A stretch of DNA of 64,000 nucleotides from Fibrobacterales bacterium. Its GTDB lineage: Bacteria; Fibrobacterota; Fibrobacteria; Fibrobacterales; JAOPTW01. The DNA lies in contig JAOPTW010000013.1 in the NCBI GenBank assembly GCA_051532035.1, forward strand, positions 96,001 through 160,000, given 5' to 3'. The notes beneath the pieces were generated by a model, which was not told where the DNA came from, did not search any database, and saw nothing but the letters and a program-made list of their open reading frames with translations. A program made the position numbers and the translations under genes. Below, one piece after another: positions 10,226 through 21,111 of this stretch; position 1 is the first letter of the stretch, and the number at the start of each line of letters is the position of its first letter.

Positions 10226-10555
10226 TTATGCTACGACGTTTGCTCCAACAACAGCAGCCATCTGCATCATGTTGATTGTCTCGCCTTCTTTGATATTTCT
10301 AAGGTCAGTCAAGTTACCAGATTTACTGGTAGAATTTGTGTTTTTGAAAATAGTCTGAAGTTTTGCATCAGCAACAATATATTTACCTGCATTTTCAGCT
10401 TTGCCATTTTCAGATTTAGTCTGAAGCCCGTTTTCCTTAATATAATCCCACAGCTTTTTTGTAATTTCTGTACGAGGAAGTTCTTTTGCACCCAAAAATT
10501 CTGCCAACTCTTCTTTTAGTGTTACTGGTTTGTTCAACCCTTTAGCTTCAGCCAT
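10226..10555 (-). CDS. SWIB/MDM2 domain protein
   Basis: ELAEFLGAKELPRTEITKKLWDYIKENGLQ...IVADAKL...INMMQMA is the SWIB signature. Confidence 0.9.
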   Translation of the reverse strand: MAEAKGLNKPVTLKEELAEFLGAKELPRTEITKKLWDYIKENGLQTKSENGKAENAGKYIVADAKLQTIFKNTNSTSKSGNLTDLRNIKEGETINMMQMAAVVGANVVA

Positions 10556-11144
10556 ATTGTATACCTTATTTTAAAATTTTAAGAAATCTTATGGGAGACT
10601 CAAAACTCTACCCATTTCGATTCTAAAGTTCACTGGAGAGATGTTCCCACCTGGAAATTTAGTTTCACCTGGGAAAGTATAGCAAATTGGTGAATTCAAA
10701 ACAATATATTAGCGAAATGGTAGCATCTGCGTGTGTTCCATCATTATATAACACAAATGTCGTGTTTTTAGCCTAAAAAGGGATAAATCTTTATGTTCTG
10801 AACAATATTCGATGGAGCTTGAAGGACAGAAAAGCCATTTATAGCAACGATAGCCAATGAAAAAAGTAGCTATCCCAAATAAAAAGATGTTTACCCTCGG
10901 CTTTATGATATCAATATCCCATTATACAATGGTAAGGTTTTTGGTCATTTGTGAAATCAAACATCTCAATCGCACTTAACTTTTGAGGGTCGATAGCTAT
11001 ATTCTTCTTTTACAACCATTACTGAGAGCCCGGTGTATACAACTCATAACGGCATAAAATCAGAAATTGAACCTAATGATAATCGTGCCATTCCTACATG
11101 TCGTTCGGATGACACATACAAAGACTTTTTTAAAGAGAGCAACA

Positions 11145-12698
11145 ATGCTTAAAACACTTCTTACCTACTCTTTTCCTATACTCTTCTCTCTGCTTGGTTG
11201 CGGAAGCGCCCAACATTCGGATGAGTTTTATGGCGCCCCCATTCAAGAAAATGAAGTTCTTACTGACTCACGTGACAGCTATGGTAAAAATAGTGTTGCC
11301 GTTTGGACTCCCCTTACCCCTTTTGAAGAAAAGCTCATTTCCACAGAAAACTCTAACTATCGTACTCTGCTTGGGCTTGGACTCGCCGCTTCTGGTGATG
11401 TTCGGACACTTGAACAGTTTAATACTGCATTAAAAAGGATTGATATATTTATAAAACGATTGTCTCCCATGATTGCCAAGCAGCCTACATTTCAAAAACG
11501 GGGCGAAATTCTATTTAAAGAGATGCAAAAATCTTTTTATCCACAGATTTTAATTGATAACTCTGCCTATGATTTTGACCAATCTAAGCTTACGACCTTG
11601 CTCGATTCAGGTGCCTACAATTGCATAAGTAGCGCGTTACTCTATGCGCTTCTTGCAGAACGCTTTAATCTGAATCCTCAAGGGGTCATACTTCCAGAAC
11701 ATGCGTATATTCAAATTGAAGATGATGCCAATACTATTATTGAGGTCGAAACAACGTCATCTAGGGGTTTTAATCAGGTACACGATGAAACATTTTATAA
11801 GCAATATGAATCGGGATGGTTTTTTAATAGTGGAACCGCCCCCTTGACTTATGAAGATTATCTAAACAGAACTTTTCTTACCGTTGATCAGCTGGCTAAA
11901 AAGAATTTTTCAAATCAACACACAAGTTATCGTTTTACGGGCCTTACAGATAGGTTACGACTTATTGAGCTGCGGTATCAGTTCAACCGGTCTGATACTG
12001 CGGCATCTATAAATCTAATGTACTTTTACCAATGGGAATTAAAACACCTCATCTCAAAAAGAGACTATGCAAGCCTTGATCGTTTCATGAATATATTTAA
12101 AGTGAATGGAGCGTCAATAGTGAAAACATTCCCTAATGACAGTAATTTCAGTGAGACATTTACATGGGGGCTTTTACAAAAAGCGGTTAGCTATCAAGAG
12201 AATCACAAATTTACCCAAAGTATGGACGAGCTTGAGCTTATGCACCATTATCTTGATTCTCTCGGGGTATCTACAGAAAAAGTGGAGAGTTATATTATTG
12301 GCCACTATCAATCGGCGCTGATGTATTTCGATTCTACAAAACAGTATAAGGAAGGGATGCTCTATCAGGATACTTATGCGAGGCACTGTAGTAAGAATAC
12401 AGTATGTTCGAGTACCCTTGGGCTTCTTACGTATAACTATTCAAATCAATTGTGGAATAAAAAGCAATGGGAAGAAGCAATCAAAATATACAATGTATTA
12501 CTCGATGCTCCCTATCAAACACCACTTCAAGAACACTCGTTTACTAATCGAGAAGGTGCATACTACAATTGGGCTATTGAGTATTCTAATAATCAGCAAT
12601 GGGATGACGCTCTTGCTCTATTAGATCAATGCATATCCCTCTCAGAAGATTACCTCCAATGTGCATCTTTGAAAGAAAATTATTCTCAGAGAAAGTAA
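11145..12698 (+). CDS. Lipoprotein with transglutaminase-like domain and C-terminal TPR repeats
   Basis: Probable start ATG 11145 (MLKTLLTYSFPILFSLLGC lipobox); YNCISSALLY..LPEHAY..IEVETT Cys/His motif; TPR-like WEEAIKIY and WDDALALL. Confidence 0.75.
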   Translation: MLKTLLTYSFPILFSLLGCGSAQHSDEFYGAPIQENEVLTDSRDSYGKNSVAVWTPLTPFEEKLISTENSNYRTLLGLGLAASGDVRTLEQFNTALKRIDIFIKRLSPMIAKQPTFQKRGEILFKEMQKSFYPQILIDNSAYDFDQSKLTTLLDSGAYNCISSALLYALLAERFNLNPQGVILPEHAYIQIEDDANTIIEVETTSSRGFNQVHDETFYKQYESGWFFNSGTAPLTYEDYLNRTFLTVDQLAKKNFSNQHTSYRFTGLTDRLRLIELRYQFNRSDTAASINLMYFYQWELKHLISKRDYASLDRFMNIFKVNGASIVKTFPNDSNFSETFTWGLLQKAVSYQENHKFTQSMDELELMHHYLDSLGVSTEKVESYIIGHYQSALMYFDSTKQYKEGMLYQDTYARHCSKNTVCSSTLGLLTYNYSNQLWNKKQWEEAIKIYNVLLDAPYQTPLQEHSFTNREGAYYNWAIEYSNNQQWDDALALLDQCISLSEDYLQCASLKENYSQRK

Positions 12699-12703
12699 CA
12701 CTC

Positions 12704-14608
12704 CTATTTACCCCATTGAACAACAACAGGCATAGAACGGTTGTTATTATAATCAGACAGTTTTGCTCCCAAAAGAGAATAGACTGCGATTGCCGATATG
12801 GGTATGGGTTTATTGGGTGGTACAATTGTATATCGAAAGCTTTTGTTATCAATGGACATACGGACAGGAGATATTGTTGAATCGGAGGATGACGCCATTG
12901 TTTCGGCACTACTGTGTGCACCGCTCACAACCAAATGAATTGTTGTACTCTCTGTTATAGTATCAGTAGATATTATAGAATTCATAAGTTGAAAGAGTTG
13001 TACCGATCCGTGAAGGTCGATGCTATCATTTAATGAAATAGTACGAGTAGATCCAGTCAAAGCATAATCCCACTCAACCTGAATAGCAGTATTGGAGCCT
13101 GCAAATTTTTCTGGAAACTTATATGGCACATTCGCAACTTCACTCTTGTCAATAAGAGTTTTTGCCCAGAGTGCTACAACAACTGTTCCGCTTTTATTAA
13201 ATGCAGCTCCATCAATATGCTCATTGAGCTTTAAAGAGTAGGTAAGGTTAGGGTCGTACTGAAGGCCATTAAGGAATAGTGATACTGTTCTGAGGGCAAC
13301 CGCAGCATTCGTTTCGATTTGACTACCATAAGGCACTCCTTTGAGATTGGTATAAAAACCCATCACACTATAAGGGTCTGTTACGGTGTCTGCTTGTTTC
13401 GCGTCAAAGAGTGCATAGGTGTGTACTTGATCAAGACCCATAGTTTGTGCTTTGATATAGAGTTTACTCAAAAAATTATACTGTGCGCTATCTGAACCTA
13501 TAAGGTCATTGGTTGGAGCTCGTGGAATATTAGTTTCGGTTATAATCAAACGTTTTTCTGGATAAGTTACCCCATCATACCCATACTTCTTGAGTTGATT
13601 TCTGAACGAATGAGTTGTCTCTTCTATGACGCTTATAGCTGCGTCAGAATGACGAAAATAGTCGCGAGCCCCATTTTCCCAACGGGAGAGATTGTACATT
13701 GGGTATTTATGAAAGCTGACGCAATCAAACCAGTCTCCCCCAAGGCTACTATATTGTTCAGTAACAGATCCATCAATCGGGTTTTCGCTATTGCGCAATA
13801 AAGCATCCATAAAGTTTACATAACCAATTCCTCCAAGACAAACATAATCTGTTTCCTCTTCAGACTTTATTACTTCATACGCAATATGGAGGGCCCTGTT
13901 GTAATAGGAGATTGGAGCGAGAACATTGGGAAGGTCGCAAGGGTCCGGATTGCTATTATACCAGTTGTGATCATCCGTGATACTCCCCCAACCTGCATCA
14001 GAATTGGTGTAATCAGGCTCATTAATGATTTCCCAATATTTTATAAATGATCCATAGGTTTTAGCAACATCGTAGATATAACGGGCAAAATAATTCGTGT
14101 CATTTACTGGGGTACCGTTTTGGCCATTATCCCATATGGGGGTATACATATTCTTCCACATCTTGGACTGAGATTCTACACAGTGAAAGGCATCTTCTCT
14201 GTACTCTTCGGCGACGCCCCCTATAAAGAGGGTAAATTGATCTAACCCAAGAGAGTAGTAGTATTCATAATCTTTTTTATTTATCGAAACGCCCCATTTT
14301 TCAGCAAAATGATGTGGGAGTGAACCTCTTAGGCTATTAGCCCCTGTCCCAGGTATTCCGGTGATTCTGTTGCCTGCAATGAGGTCTGCCCGCTGTTGAT
14401 CAGACCAACCTTCTACCCAGCCTGGATTAGTGCCCCAGCGGAATATGTCAGTTGTTGGGGGGACGGTGTCAGAAGCATTTAATGTATAAGGAGGGTCAAA
14501 GGCAAATAGAGTGGTGTTTAACATAACGAAAATCATAGTAACGTACTTACAAATATTCTCTAGGGTGAACATTAAAATCATATTTTTCATTGTATCGTTC
14601 TTAGACAT
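12704..14608 (-). CDS. Secreted clan GH-A glycoside hydrolase (GH5/GH39-like)
   Basis: Signal peptide; YWEIINEPD (acid/base), FDCVSFHKYP, LIITETN (nucleophile); short Fibrobacter-like C-terminal tail (VYSLLGAKL). Confidence 0.75.
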   Translation of the reverse strand: MSKNDTMKNMILMFTLENICKYVTMIFVMLNTTLFAFDPPYTLNASDTVPPTTDIFRWGTNPGWVEGWSDQQRADLIAGNRITGIPGTGANSLRGSLPHHFAEKWGVSINKKDYEYYYSLGLDQFTLFIGGVAEEYREDAFHCVESQSKMWKNMYTPIWDNGQNGTPVNDTNYFARYIYDVAKTYGSFIKYWEIINEPDYTNSDAGWGSITDDHNWYNSNPDPCDLPNVLAPISYYNRALHIAYEVIKSEEETDYVCLGGIGYVNFMDALLRNSENPIDGSVTEQYSSLGGDWFDCVSFHKYPMYNLSRWENGARDYFRHSDAAISVIEETTHSFRNQLKKYGYDGVTYPEKRLIITETNIPRAPTNDLIGSDSAQYNFLSKLYIKAQTMGLDQVHTYALFDAKQADTVTDPYSVMGFYTNLKGVPYGSQIETNAAVALRTVSLFLNGLQYDPNLTYSLKLNEHIDGAAFNKSGTVVVALWAKTLIDKSEVANVPYKFPEKFAGSNTAIQVEWDYALTGSTRTISLNDSIDLHGSVQLFQLMNSIISTDTITESTTIHLVVSGAHSSAETMASSSDSTISPVRMSIDNKSFRYTIVPPNKPIPISAIAVYSLLGAKLSDYNNNRSMPVVVQWGK

Positions 14609-15091
14609 TCATGGTCATATTTAAGTTTCTGTATATGTGATTATTAATTAAATCTAGTAGATTTCTCTCACATATGAACTACCGGTACGGCATCAGTATT
14701 GATCCTTGGACATAAGTGTTTAAAAAGGTGTTTATAAATTATCAGTGATCGAATACAGTATATGAATACTTCCACATTATAATTCGATACTCCAAAATGA
14801 GAGCACTTTTGTTACTCTGCGGGCGCATTACTCAATACCCAGCTCGTAACATTTTATATTAAGAGTATCTATTATGGAAAAACTATGTGGACAACAAAAC
14901 TCCCTTGTTTTTGGATTTATCCCTCTTACAACCCAAAATAATCAGTAAAATTCTTAGATTTAACCACATAATCTTACATCTATGTCATATTTTGGATATC
15001 AACTAGCCAAACGACATGTATGTATTCAATTGTACTGTTCTGATTTTAGTTATATCATCTGAGCGGTGACGTATTTATAAAGGATCATTTA

Positions 15092-16258
15092 ATGCAATCA
15101 TCAAAGTACCTTGTAACAGCTGTTATTTTTGTCTTGGCAATGGCTGGTATCTCATTTGGCTCAGAAACAGGTGTAAGTAATGAACTGGCCTCAATAGTTG
15201 AAGTTCAAAAATACTCTCGTGCAATTCATATAATGGCCATGCTTTTGGTAGGTTTTGGCTTTCTTATGGTATTTGTTAAGAAGTACGGACGTACCGCTAT
15301 TACAGCGACCTACATGCTCGTAAGTGTTGCGATTCCTTTTTACTTTTTGAAAGACAATTTAGGACTTCTTGGTGAACCCACCTCTCATATTGATGGATTG
15401 ATTTTAGCAGAATTTGCAGCAGCAAGTCTCCTAATCTGTGCAGGAGCAGTATTGGGTAGAGTAAAAATTTATCAGTACCTTATACTTGGCCTTTTATTTG
15501 TTCCTTGTTATGCATTTAACGAATGGCTGCTTGTGTCGGGTGGACTTGGACTTATACCAGTTGGTAGCTTCGTAGATACCGGTGGATCAATAGTCATTCA
15601 CGCATTTGGTGCCATATTTGGTCTTGGTGTTGCGTATTCAATGACAACAAATAAAGAGTACGAAACACCTATTGAGTCTGATGATACGAGTGATCGGTTT
15701 TCTCTTCTGGGCAGTATGATACTATGGGTGTTCTGGCCATCTTTTTGTGCGGCTCTCGTAGCTCCTAAAGATGTTCCCAATACCGTTGTTAATGTAATAC
15801 TCGCTCTGTGCGGCTCTACCCTTGCAACTTATTTTGCATCGCTCAAACTCAGAGGAAAGGTATCGGTTGCCGACATAGCAAATGCAGCTCTTGCTGGTGG
15901 TGTGGCAATCGGATCAACCTGTGATAAAGTACCACCTGTCTATGCCTTTGCAATTGGTCTTATGGCTGGCGTAATTTCGACTGTTGGTTTTGCTATTATT
16001 CAGTCAAAAAACCAGGCGTTGGTTAAGAAAGTAGATACCTGTGGTGTGTTGCACTTACACGGGCTCCCAGGCCTTTTTGGTGGGCTCATCGCAATTGCCG
16101 TAGTTGACGGCATTGATGGCGGTATCCAAATAACAGGGATTGTAATTACGGGAGTTATCGCTTCTGCGACTGGTCTTATCGTAGGTAAAGTGTTATCTGT
16201 TACTGGCAGAAGATCTGAGCCTTATACTGATGATGAAGAGCTAGAAACTGAAGATTAG
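15092..16258 (+). CDS. Rhesus-type (Rh50) ammonium/gas channel, Amt/Mep/Rh family
   Basis: HIMAMLLVGFGFLMVFVKKYG, DTGGSIVIHAFGAIFG, LWVFWPSF, NAALAGGVAIG and DTCGVLHLHGLPG (twin-His) are Rh-subfamily motifs. Confidence 0.92.
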   Translation: MQSSKYLVTAVIFVLAMAGISFGSETGVSNELASIVEVQKYSRAIHIMAMLLVGFGFLMVFVKKYGRTAITATYMLVSVAIPFYFLKDNLGLLGEPTSHIDGLILAEFAAASLLICAGAVLGRVKIYQYLILGLLFVPCYAFNEWLLVSGGLGLIPVGSFVDTGGSIVIHAFGAIFGLGVAYSMTTNKEYETPIESDDTSDRFSLLGSMILWVFWPSFCAALVAPKDVPNTVVNVILALCGSTLATYFASLKLRGKVSVADIANAALAGGVAIGSTCDKVPPVYAFAIGLMAGVISTVGFAIIQSKNQALVKKVDTCGVLHLHGLPGLFGGLIAIAVVDGIDGGIQITGIVITGVIASATGLIVGKVLSVTGRRSEPYTDDEELETED

Positions 16259-16293
16259 TCGAAGCTCGGAGTATTGAGACGTTTAAAATATAT

Positions 16294-16327
16294 AGGCACC
16301 TGAGCATACTGCTGAGGTGCCTTTTTT
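16294..16327 (+). terminator. Rho-independent terminator after the Rh gene
   Basis: AGGCACCT...AGGTGCCT stem followed by a T-run. Confidence 0.8.
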
Positions 16328-16425
16328 GTTGCTCTATTAATAAGCTTGAGAGATACTGTAGTTGTAATTACTTATCTCTATAAATGAAGCGTACAGAGTG
16401 CCCTGAAGCGTGTAGATACTTAAAA

Positions 16426-17580
16426 TCAATTCCAAAGCATCAACAGACTAAAATACATACGCGTTGCAAACTGCGAGCCATTGTACGGTTTCATGCCCTC
16501 ATTGTATTCTAATGATATACCGGCTTTAAATCCTGTATTGAAAAATGAAAGCACTCCATCATAAGGGACTATTTTGATAATCTCTACCATTCCGGTATAC
16601 CCACCTAAGTAATCATTGCAATCGGGATCTTTCTCATTCTCTTCATCTTCAAGGCATGGTTCGGCCATGTGGAAACCGGCTATTACATTGAGTAGCGCAC
16701 TCGGAAGTATCTCGAATGAATAGCCTGTAAGGAAGTTAAACCCAGAAAAAGTCATGAGGTCACCATTGAAAGCGAGCATACCGGGGAGTGATTCAGAGCC
16801 ATCAAGGCGCTCTTCTAGAGAAAGGTACTCTAGTTGCAGTATGATATTGTCAAAATGTAACGCAAAACCAATAGCATTGAAAAAATCTGAACCAACTAGT
16901 TTTCCTGAAAGATCACTATAATATCCACCGCCCGCTGAAAGAATTATTCGAGAATCATCCCACAAGTATGAGTGCGAGTGGAGTCTCTCTTGCCACGATT
17001 CTTTGGTAGCAACCTGTGAGTACTTGTTCTCTACAAAATATCTCCATGGGCTATTTGGATAGGTGTGTAGAAAATCGTATAGACGAACAGGGTCATTGTC
17101 AGGAGAAATCATTGCACCATCACTATACAGTATAGATACTAAATCTTTATGTTCCTGAGATTGTGCATTGGCAAGGAGAAGCCTTCTGAGTTGGTACGTG
17201 AGGTGTTGACTCAGCTCTCTATGCTTTGTATAGTCGCTAAATAACGGACTATCAGGCTCAGCAGAAACATTAAAGAATAGATCAATACTATCGATGTAAG
17301 TGGCATAGGTTCGACCTACATCATCAAGCCAGCCTTCGTATTGAAACAGGGAGTCGTAATAAGTAATTGACTGCTGTAATGAGTCAGTAGACTGGTTTTT
17401 ACACAAGGTAATAAGGTGTGATCGGGCCTGCTGATACTGAAGTTGTTGATTTAATGCGACAGAATCACCCTTATTTGAAAGGCCACCCCCATGAACAAGT
17501 GTAAGCTCAGTTGAATATATTTGAACTATTCCAACAGCAAGTAGTAAAATGATTAAGCGTTGTCTGAGTGTGTTAATCAA
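16426..17580 (-). CDS. Hypothetical exported protein, helical N-terminus with C-terminal beta-barrel-like region
   Basis: 384-aa ORF with signal-like N-terminus and alternating aromatic/Gly strands in the C-terminal half; 4-nt overlap with the upstream gene. Confidence 0.65.
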   Translation of the reverse strand: MINTLRQRLIILLLAVGIVQIYSTELTLVHGGGLSNKGDSVALNQQLQYQQARSHLITLCKNQSTDSLQQSITYYDSLFQYEGWLDDVGRTYATYIDSIDLFFNVSAEPDSPLFSDYTKHRELSQHLTYQLRRLLLANAQSQEHKDLVSILYSDGAMISPDNDPVRLYDFLHTYPNSPWRYFVENKYSQVATKESWQERLHSHSYLWDDSRIILSAGGGYYSDLSGKLVGSDFFNAIGFALHFDNIILQLEYLSLEERLDGSESLPGMLAFNGDLMTFSGFNFLTGYSFEILPSALLNVIAGFHMAEPCLEDEENEKDPDCNDYLGGYTGMVEIIKIVPYDGVLSFFNTGFKAGISLEYNEGMKPYNGSQFATRMYFSLLMLWN

Positions 17581-18647
17581 CGGTAGCCTCCAAATAAAAA
17601 CAGAAATTGAATATCCATGTACAATGAATGTTGTGGTTTGTTAAAATACTTAACATCAGGAACATACTCGTAACTCAACGTTCCCTTAAAGCCCCAAAAG
17701 GAGTAATCACTTGAGGGAATGTTCCATATTTTGCGTATAGACGCCTCTGCAGTAGTACCATAGAGGAAAGGGTGAAATGAAAATGAGTGTTCTGGCGGAG
17801 AACTCTCTTTATCATAGTTTAGAGTTTCAAAATTTGGCTGAATTTGCTGAAAACCTACTCCCACTGTCGCATATGAATGAAGAGATGGTTCCCACTGGTA
17901 GCCTAATAAAAATGAGAGTATTCCCAATGTAAGCTTTCCATTTTCGGGAGCTTTATATTTATTAACGGTAGTTCCCTCATCAATTGAATAGACTCTCAGT
18001 TTGCCAGAAAACTGTACGAAAATCCAATCTCTATATACTTCCATAGAAAAGGCTGGATAAAAGATTAAGTCTGGGCTTACAAAACCGGCCCCTGCACCAA
18101 ATTGAAAGCCGTGCCTACTCCATAGAGTACTGCTCTTTTTGTTTGGCTTCGATTGAACTTTGGGTACTGGAGGCGTGACTGCTTTGGGGCTGTGGTGAGA
18201 TTTATCATGGAGGTAAAAGAGCAGTGAATCACACCATGTCATTACATCAGGGTTTTTAATGACGTGTATGGAGGGTGGTGATACCGTCATGGTGTTCTGA
18301 AACTCTTGAGCATTAAAGAGCTCACCAATTATTTTTCTTTCATAATTACTCAACCAAATCTCTGTCATTAGAATGGAATCAGTTCGGTGAATAAAAGAAC
18401 GCTGAGTGCTTGTGTCAACTTTTAGTGCACTGAGTAACGTATCTCTGTATGTTTGGTAGTGTTTAAATCGGATGAATGAGGCACTATCAAGTAGTGTTGT
18501 CTGTTCTATACATTGTATATTATGTGATGGAGCAGTTTCATGAGAATGTGAACTGTATGGATAGACAATGGGACATGCTATTGAATCTGTAAATGATACA
18601 ACAACAAGTATGAAGATGATAATAAAGGTTTTGTACTTTTTAGTCAG
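17577..18647 (-). CDS. Hypothetical outer-membrane beta-barrel protein with probable CTG start (track ORF 17577..18368 extended)
   Basis: Frame is open upstream of 18368 to a stop at 18705-18707. CTG at 18647 follows GAGAGG and encodes a signal peptide (M)TKKYKTFIIIFILVVVSFTDSIA. The C-terminal half has barrel-like strands. Confidence 0.65.
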   Translation of the reverse strand: MTKKYKTFIIIFILVVVSFTDSIACPIVYPYSSHSHETAPSHNIQCIEQTTLLDSASFIRFKHYQTYRDTLLSALKVDTSTQRSFIHRTDSILMTEIWLSNYERKIIGELFNAQEFQNTMTVSPPSIHVIKNPDVMTWCDSLLFYLHDKSHHSPKAVTPPVPKVQSKPNKKSSTLWSRHGFQFGAGAGFVSPDLIFYPAFSMEVYRDWIFVQFSGKLRVYSIDEGTTVNKYKAPENGKLTLGILSFLLGYQWEPSLHSYATVGVGFQQIQPNFETLNYDKESSPPEHSFSFHPFLYGTTAEASIRKIWNIPSSDYSFWGFKGTLSYEYVPDVKYFNKPQHSLYMDIQFLFLFGGYR

Positions 18648-18844
18648 GAGTAGCCTCTCATTGACTTTTGATGTGGTTATAACAATAGAAATATTGTCAA
18701 AAATCTAAAGACTCATTACCTGCATCTTGTTCTTGACCATTTAAATAGTTGGACCAGTTTGTTGCTCCCAAAGGAGAGTAAATTGGTAGAAGAAGTCATA
18801 AATAATATGGACGACTGGTATATTTTGTAAAATAACAGTATGCT

Positions 18845-20176
18845 ATGTATATTCAAATACAAGTAATCATCATGAGTATACGCCTTAAATTATCACTCTA
18901 TATAACGTTTTTGTTTGTTATGACAATAGGCAATGCGCTCTTTTTTTTCGCCCTCGATAAAAATAGTGAGGAGAAATTACGCTGGGTTAATCATACTCAC
19001 GAAGTCCTCATTAAAGTTGAAAGTTATTTGGGATTCATGAAGGATACTGAAACGGGTCAGAGAGGCTATCTCTTAACAAAAAACATCTCATACTTAGACC
19101 CGTATTATAGAGGGATACTTGAAGCAAAAAAGTCATTTAAAGATTTATCTCAGTTGGTTTCTGACAACCCAACACAAACTCAGCGCTTAAAGGCAATCAA
19201 TAAGGATATGCTCTTAAAATTTGATGAGCTTAATAGAACGATAACATTAACACAAATGAGTAGGTCAGATAGTGCGTTAATAATTGTTTCTCAACATATC
19301 GGCAAACAATATATGGACAATATTCGAGCCGTTTTAAATGAATTTATTAGTAAAGAGATGCTGCTTCTTGAAAAAAGAAAAGGAGATTTTAGAGAGAATA
19401 AAGCCCAGATCACTACAATGATTCTTATAGAAATAATCGTTTTTGTTTTTCTGGCCATTATGAGTATCTCATTTCTGAGGAAAAACCTTTTTATACCATT
19501 AAGTGTTTTATTGTCAAATACACATAAAATGGAAAAAGGCCAGCAATTGGAAATTAATGACTTTGTATCAAATGATGAGATGGGTTATTTGATGTCGAGC
19601 TTTTATAAAATGAATCAAAAGGTACATACTCGCACACAGGACCTAGATTATCAGGCGCACCATGATGAATTGACCGGACTGAACAATAGGTCAAAAATAT
19701 ATGAGTTTCTAAAGAGTACAATTGATCTCACAATCAAATTAGATTCAAAATGTGCAGTGCTCTTTATGGATTTAAACAAGTTCAAAGAACTGAATGATAG
19801 TCTCGGTCATGATGTGGGTGATACCGTCCTTAAAGAAAGCTCTGATAAGCTTAGGTCATGCATACGGACCAATGATAAGCTCTTTCGTATAGGGGGAGAT
19901 GAGTTTGTGATATTAATCAAAGGGCTAACAAGTCCTCAGGATGTTGAAGTCGTCATCAAAAAAATAAATAACATCTTTCAATTACCCATTACCATAAATG
20001 GTGAAGAGATGAAAATATCAATCAGTATTGGTGTAGCTATTGCCCCAGACCATAGCCAAGACCCAGAAAAGATTTTGAAAATGGCGGATGTTGCTATGTA
20101 TCAATCTAAAAAGTATAAAGAGCGCAGCTATACCATGTTTGAAAAAAGTATGTTACAGAGATCCACTGATTTATAA
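18845..20176 (+). CDS. Diguanylate cyclase (CHASE3-HAMP-GGDEF)
   Basis: WVNHTHEV..DTETGQRGYLLT (CHASE3), DEMGYLMSSF (HAMP), HDELTGLNNR and FRIGGDEF. Confidence 0.93.
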   Translation: MYIQIQVIIMSIRLKLSLYITFLFVMTIGNALFFFALDKNSEEKLRWVNHTHEVLIKVESYLGFMKDTETGQRGYLLTKNISYLDPYYRGILEAKKSFKDLSQLVSDNPTQTQRLKAINKDMLLKFDELNRTITLTQMSRSDSALIIVSQHIGKQYMDNIRAVLNEFISKEMLLLEKRKGDFRENKAQITTMILIEIIVFVFLAIMSISFLRKNLFIPLSVLLSNTHKMEKGQQLEINDFVSNDEMGYLMSSFYKMNQKVHTRTQDLDYQAHHDELTGLNNRSKIYEFLKSTIDLTIKLDSKCAVLFMDLNKFKELNDSLGHDVGDTVLKESSDKLRSCIRTNDKLFRIGGDEFVILIKGLTSPQDVEVVIKKINNIFQLPITINGEEMKISISIGVAIAPDHSQDPEKILKMADVAMYQSKKYKERSYTMFEKSMLQRSTDL

Positions 20177-20256
20177 AAACAAAACCTGTATTCATCAGTG
20201 GTTGTAAGGGAGGATAGAAACCTCCCTAGGATATACCAAACGGATACAACGGAACT

Positions 20257-20922
20257 CTAAAATTTAACTTTATTCTTAGCTAAATAATCACGTGTTCTTT
20301 TAATCAAATTATCACAGGCACCAAGTAATGCTGTTTCAAACATAAAAAAGGAGACACTGCTGGTGCCCATTACTGTAAAATCTGCAACAGGTTTGATATC
20401 ATTCATAGGAATCACCTGAAATCGAGCAGTAATAAGGGCGCTTTCTGAAGATGATGTTGACGTCATTCCCATACCATTTGAGTGGGTACTAGAAGTGACT
20501 TCATTCCCTACAATTAATTTATCAATCAATAAAATGTTTGTATATCCCTCTGATGTGATTTGATCTTTACGCTCTTTCAGATAGTCATTAATGTACTGAT
20601 GACTTTTTTGAAATTCGGAATAAAATGACGAATTGAATCCTTCAATTGAATATTTCGATTTTAAATGTCTTTCTACAAGCATCTTTAGATGATCATGAAA
20701 TTCATAATCAGATTTAAACTTATCATTATAAGTTTTTTGAAACTCAGTGAGCAACACATTACCATTAATAAGTAACAGCGTCTTTCCTGATTGCATTTCA
20801 GACTCCCCCTCAATACCATGACCCACACGAGGAAATACCCGAGTACGGGTACAGCCCGATAACACAACGAGAATTAAAATAAGTGCAACAATGCCTTTCT
20901 GTTTCATAACGACCTCTCTCAA
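20257..20922 (-). CDS. Hypothetical lipoprotein
   Basis: MKQKGIVALILILVVLSGC lipobox; the true start is probably the internal Met. Confidence 0.7.
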   Translation of the reverse strand: MREVVMKQKGIVALILILVVLSGCTRTRVFPRVGHGIEGESEMQSGKTLLLINGNVLLTEFQKTYNDKFKSDYEFHDHLKMLVERHLKSKYSIEGFNSSFYSEFQKSHQYINDYLKERKDQITSEGYTNILLIDKLIVGNEVTSSTHSNGMGMTSTSSSESALITARFQVIPMNDIKPVADFTVMGTSSVSFFMFETALLGACDNLIKRTRDYLAKNKVKF

Positions 20923-21111
20923 GATTTAAATATTAAAGACAAAAATAGTTATCGAGAGATAAAATGGAACCGAGTCTTAATAGTTTGAATGATAAAACAC
21001 TATAATGGGTCCTATTAGCTCAATACCGTTTACCAAAAGGCTTGTCGCTTACTTGATGTAAGCACACATAGGGTCGTCGTTTTAATATTATCTGAGGTCT
21101 ATGATCTTTTA

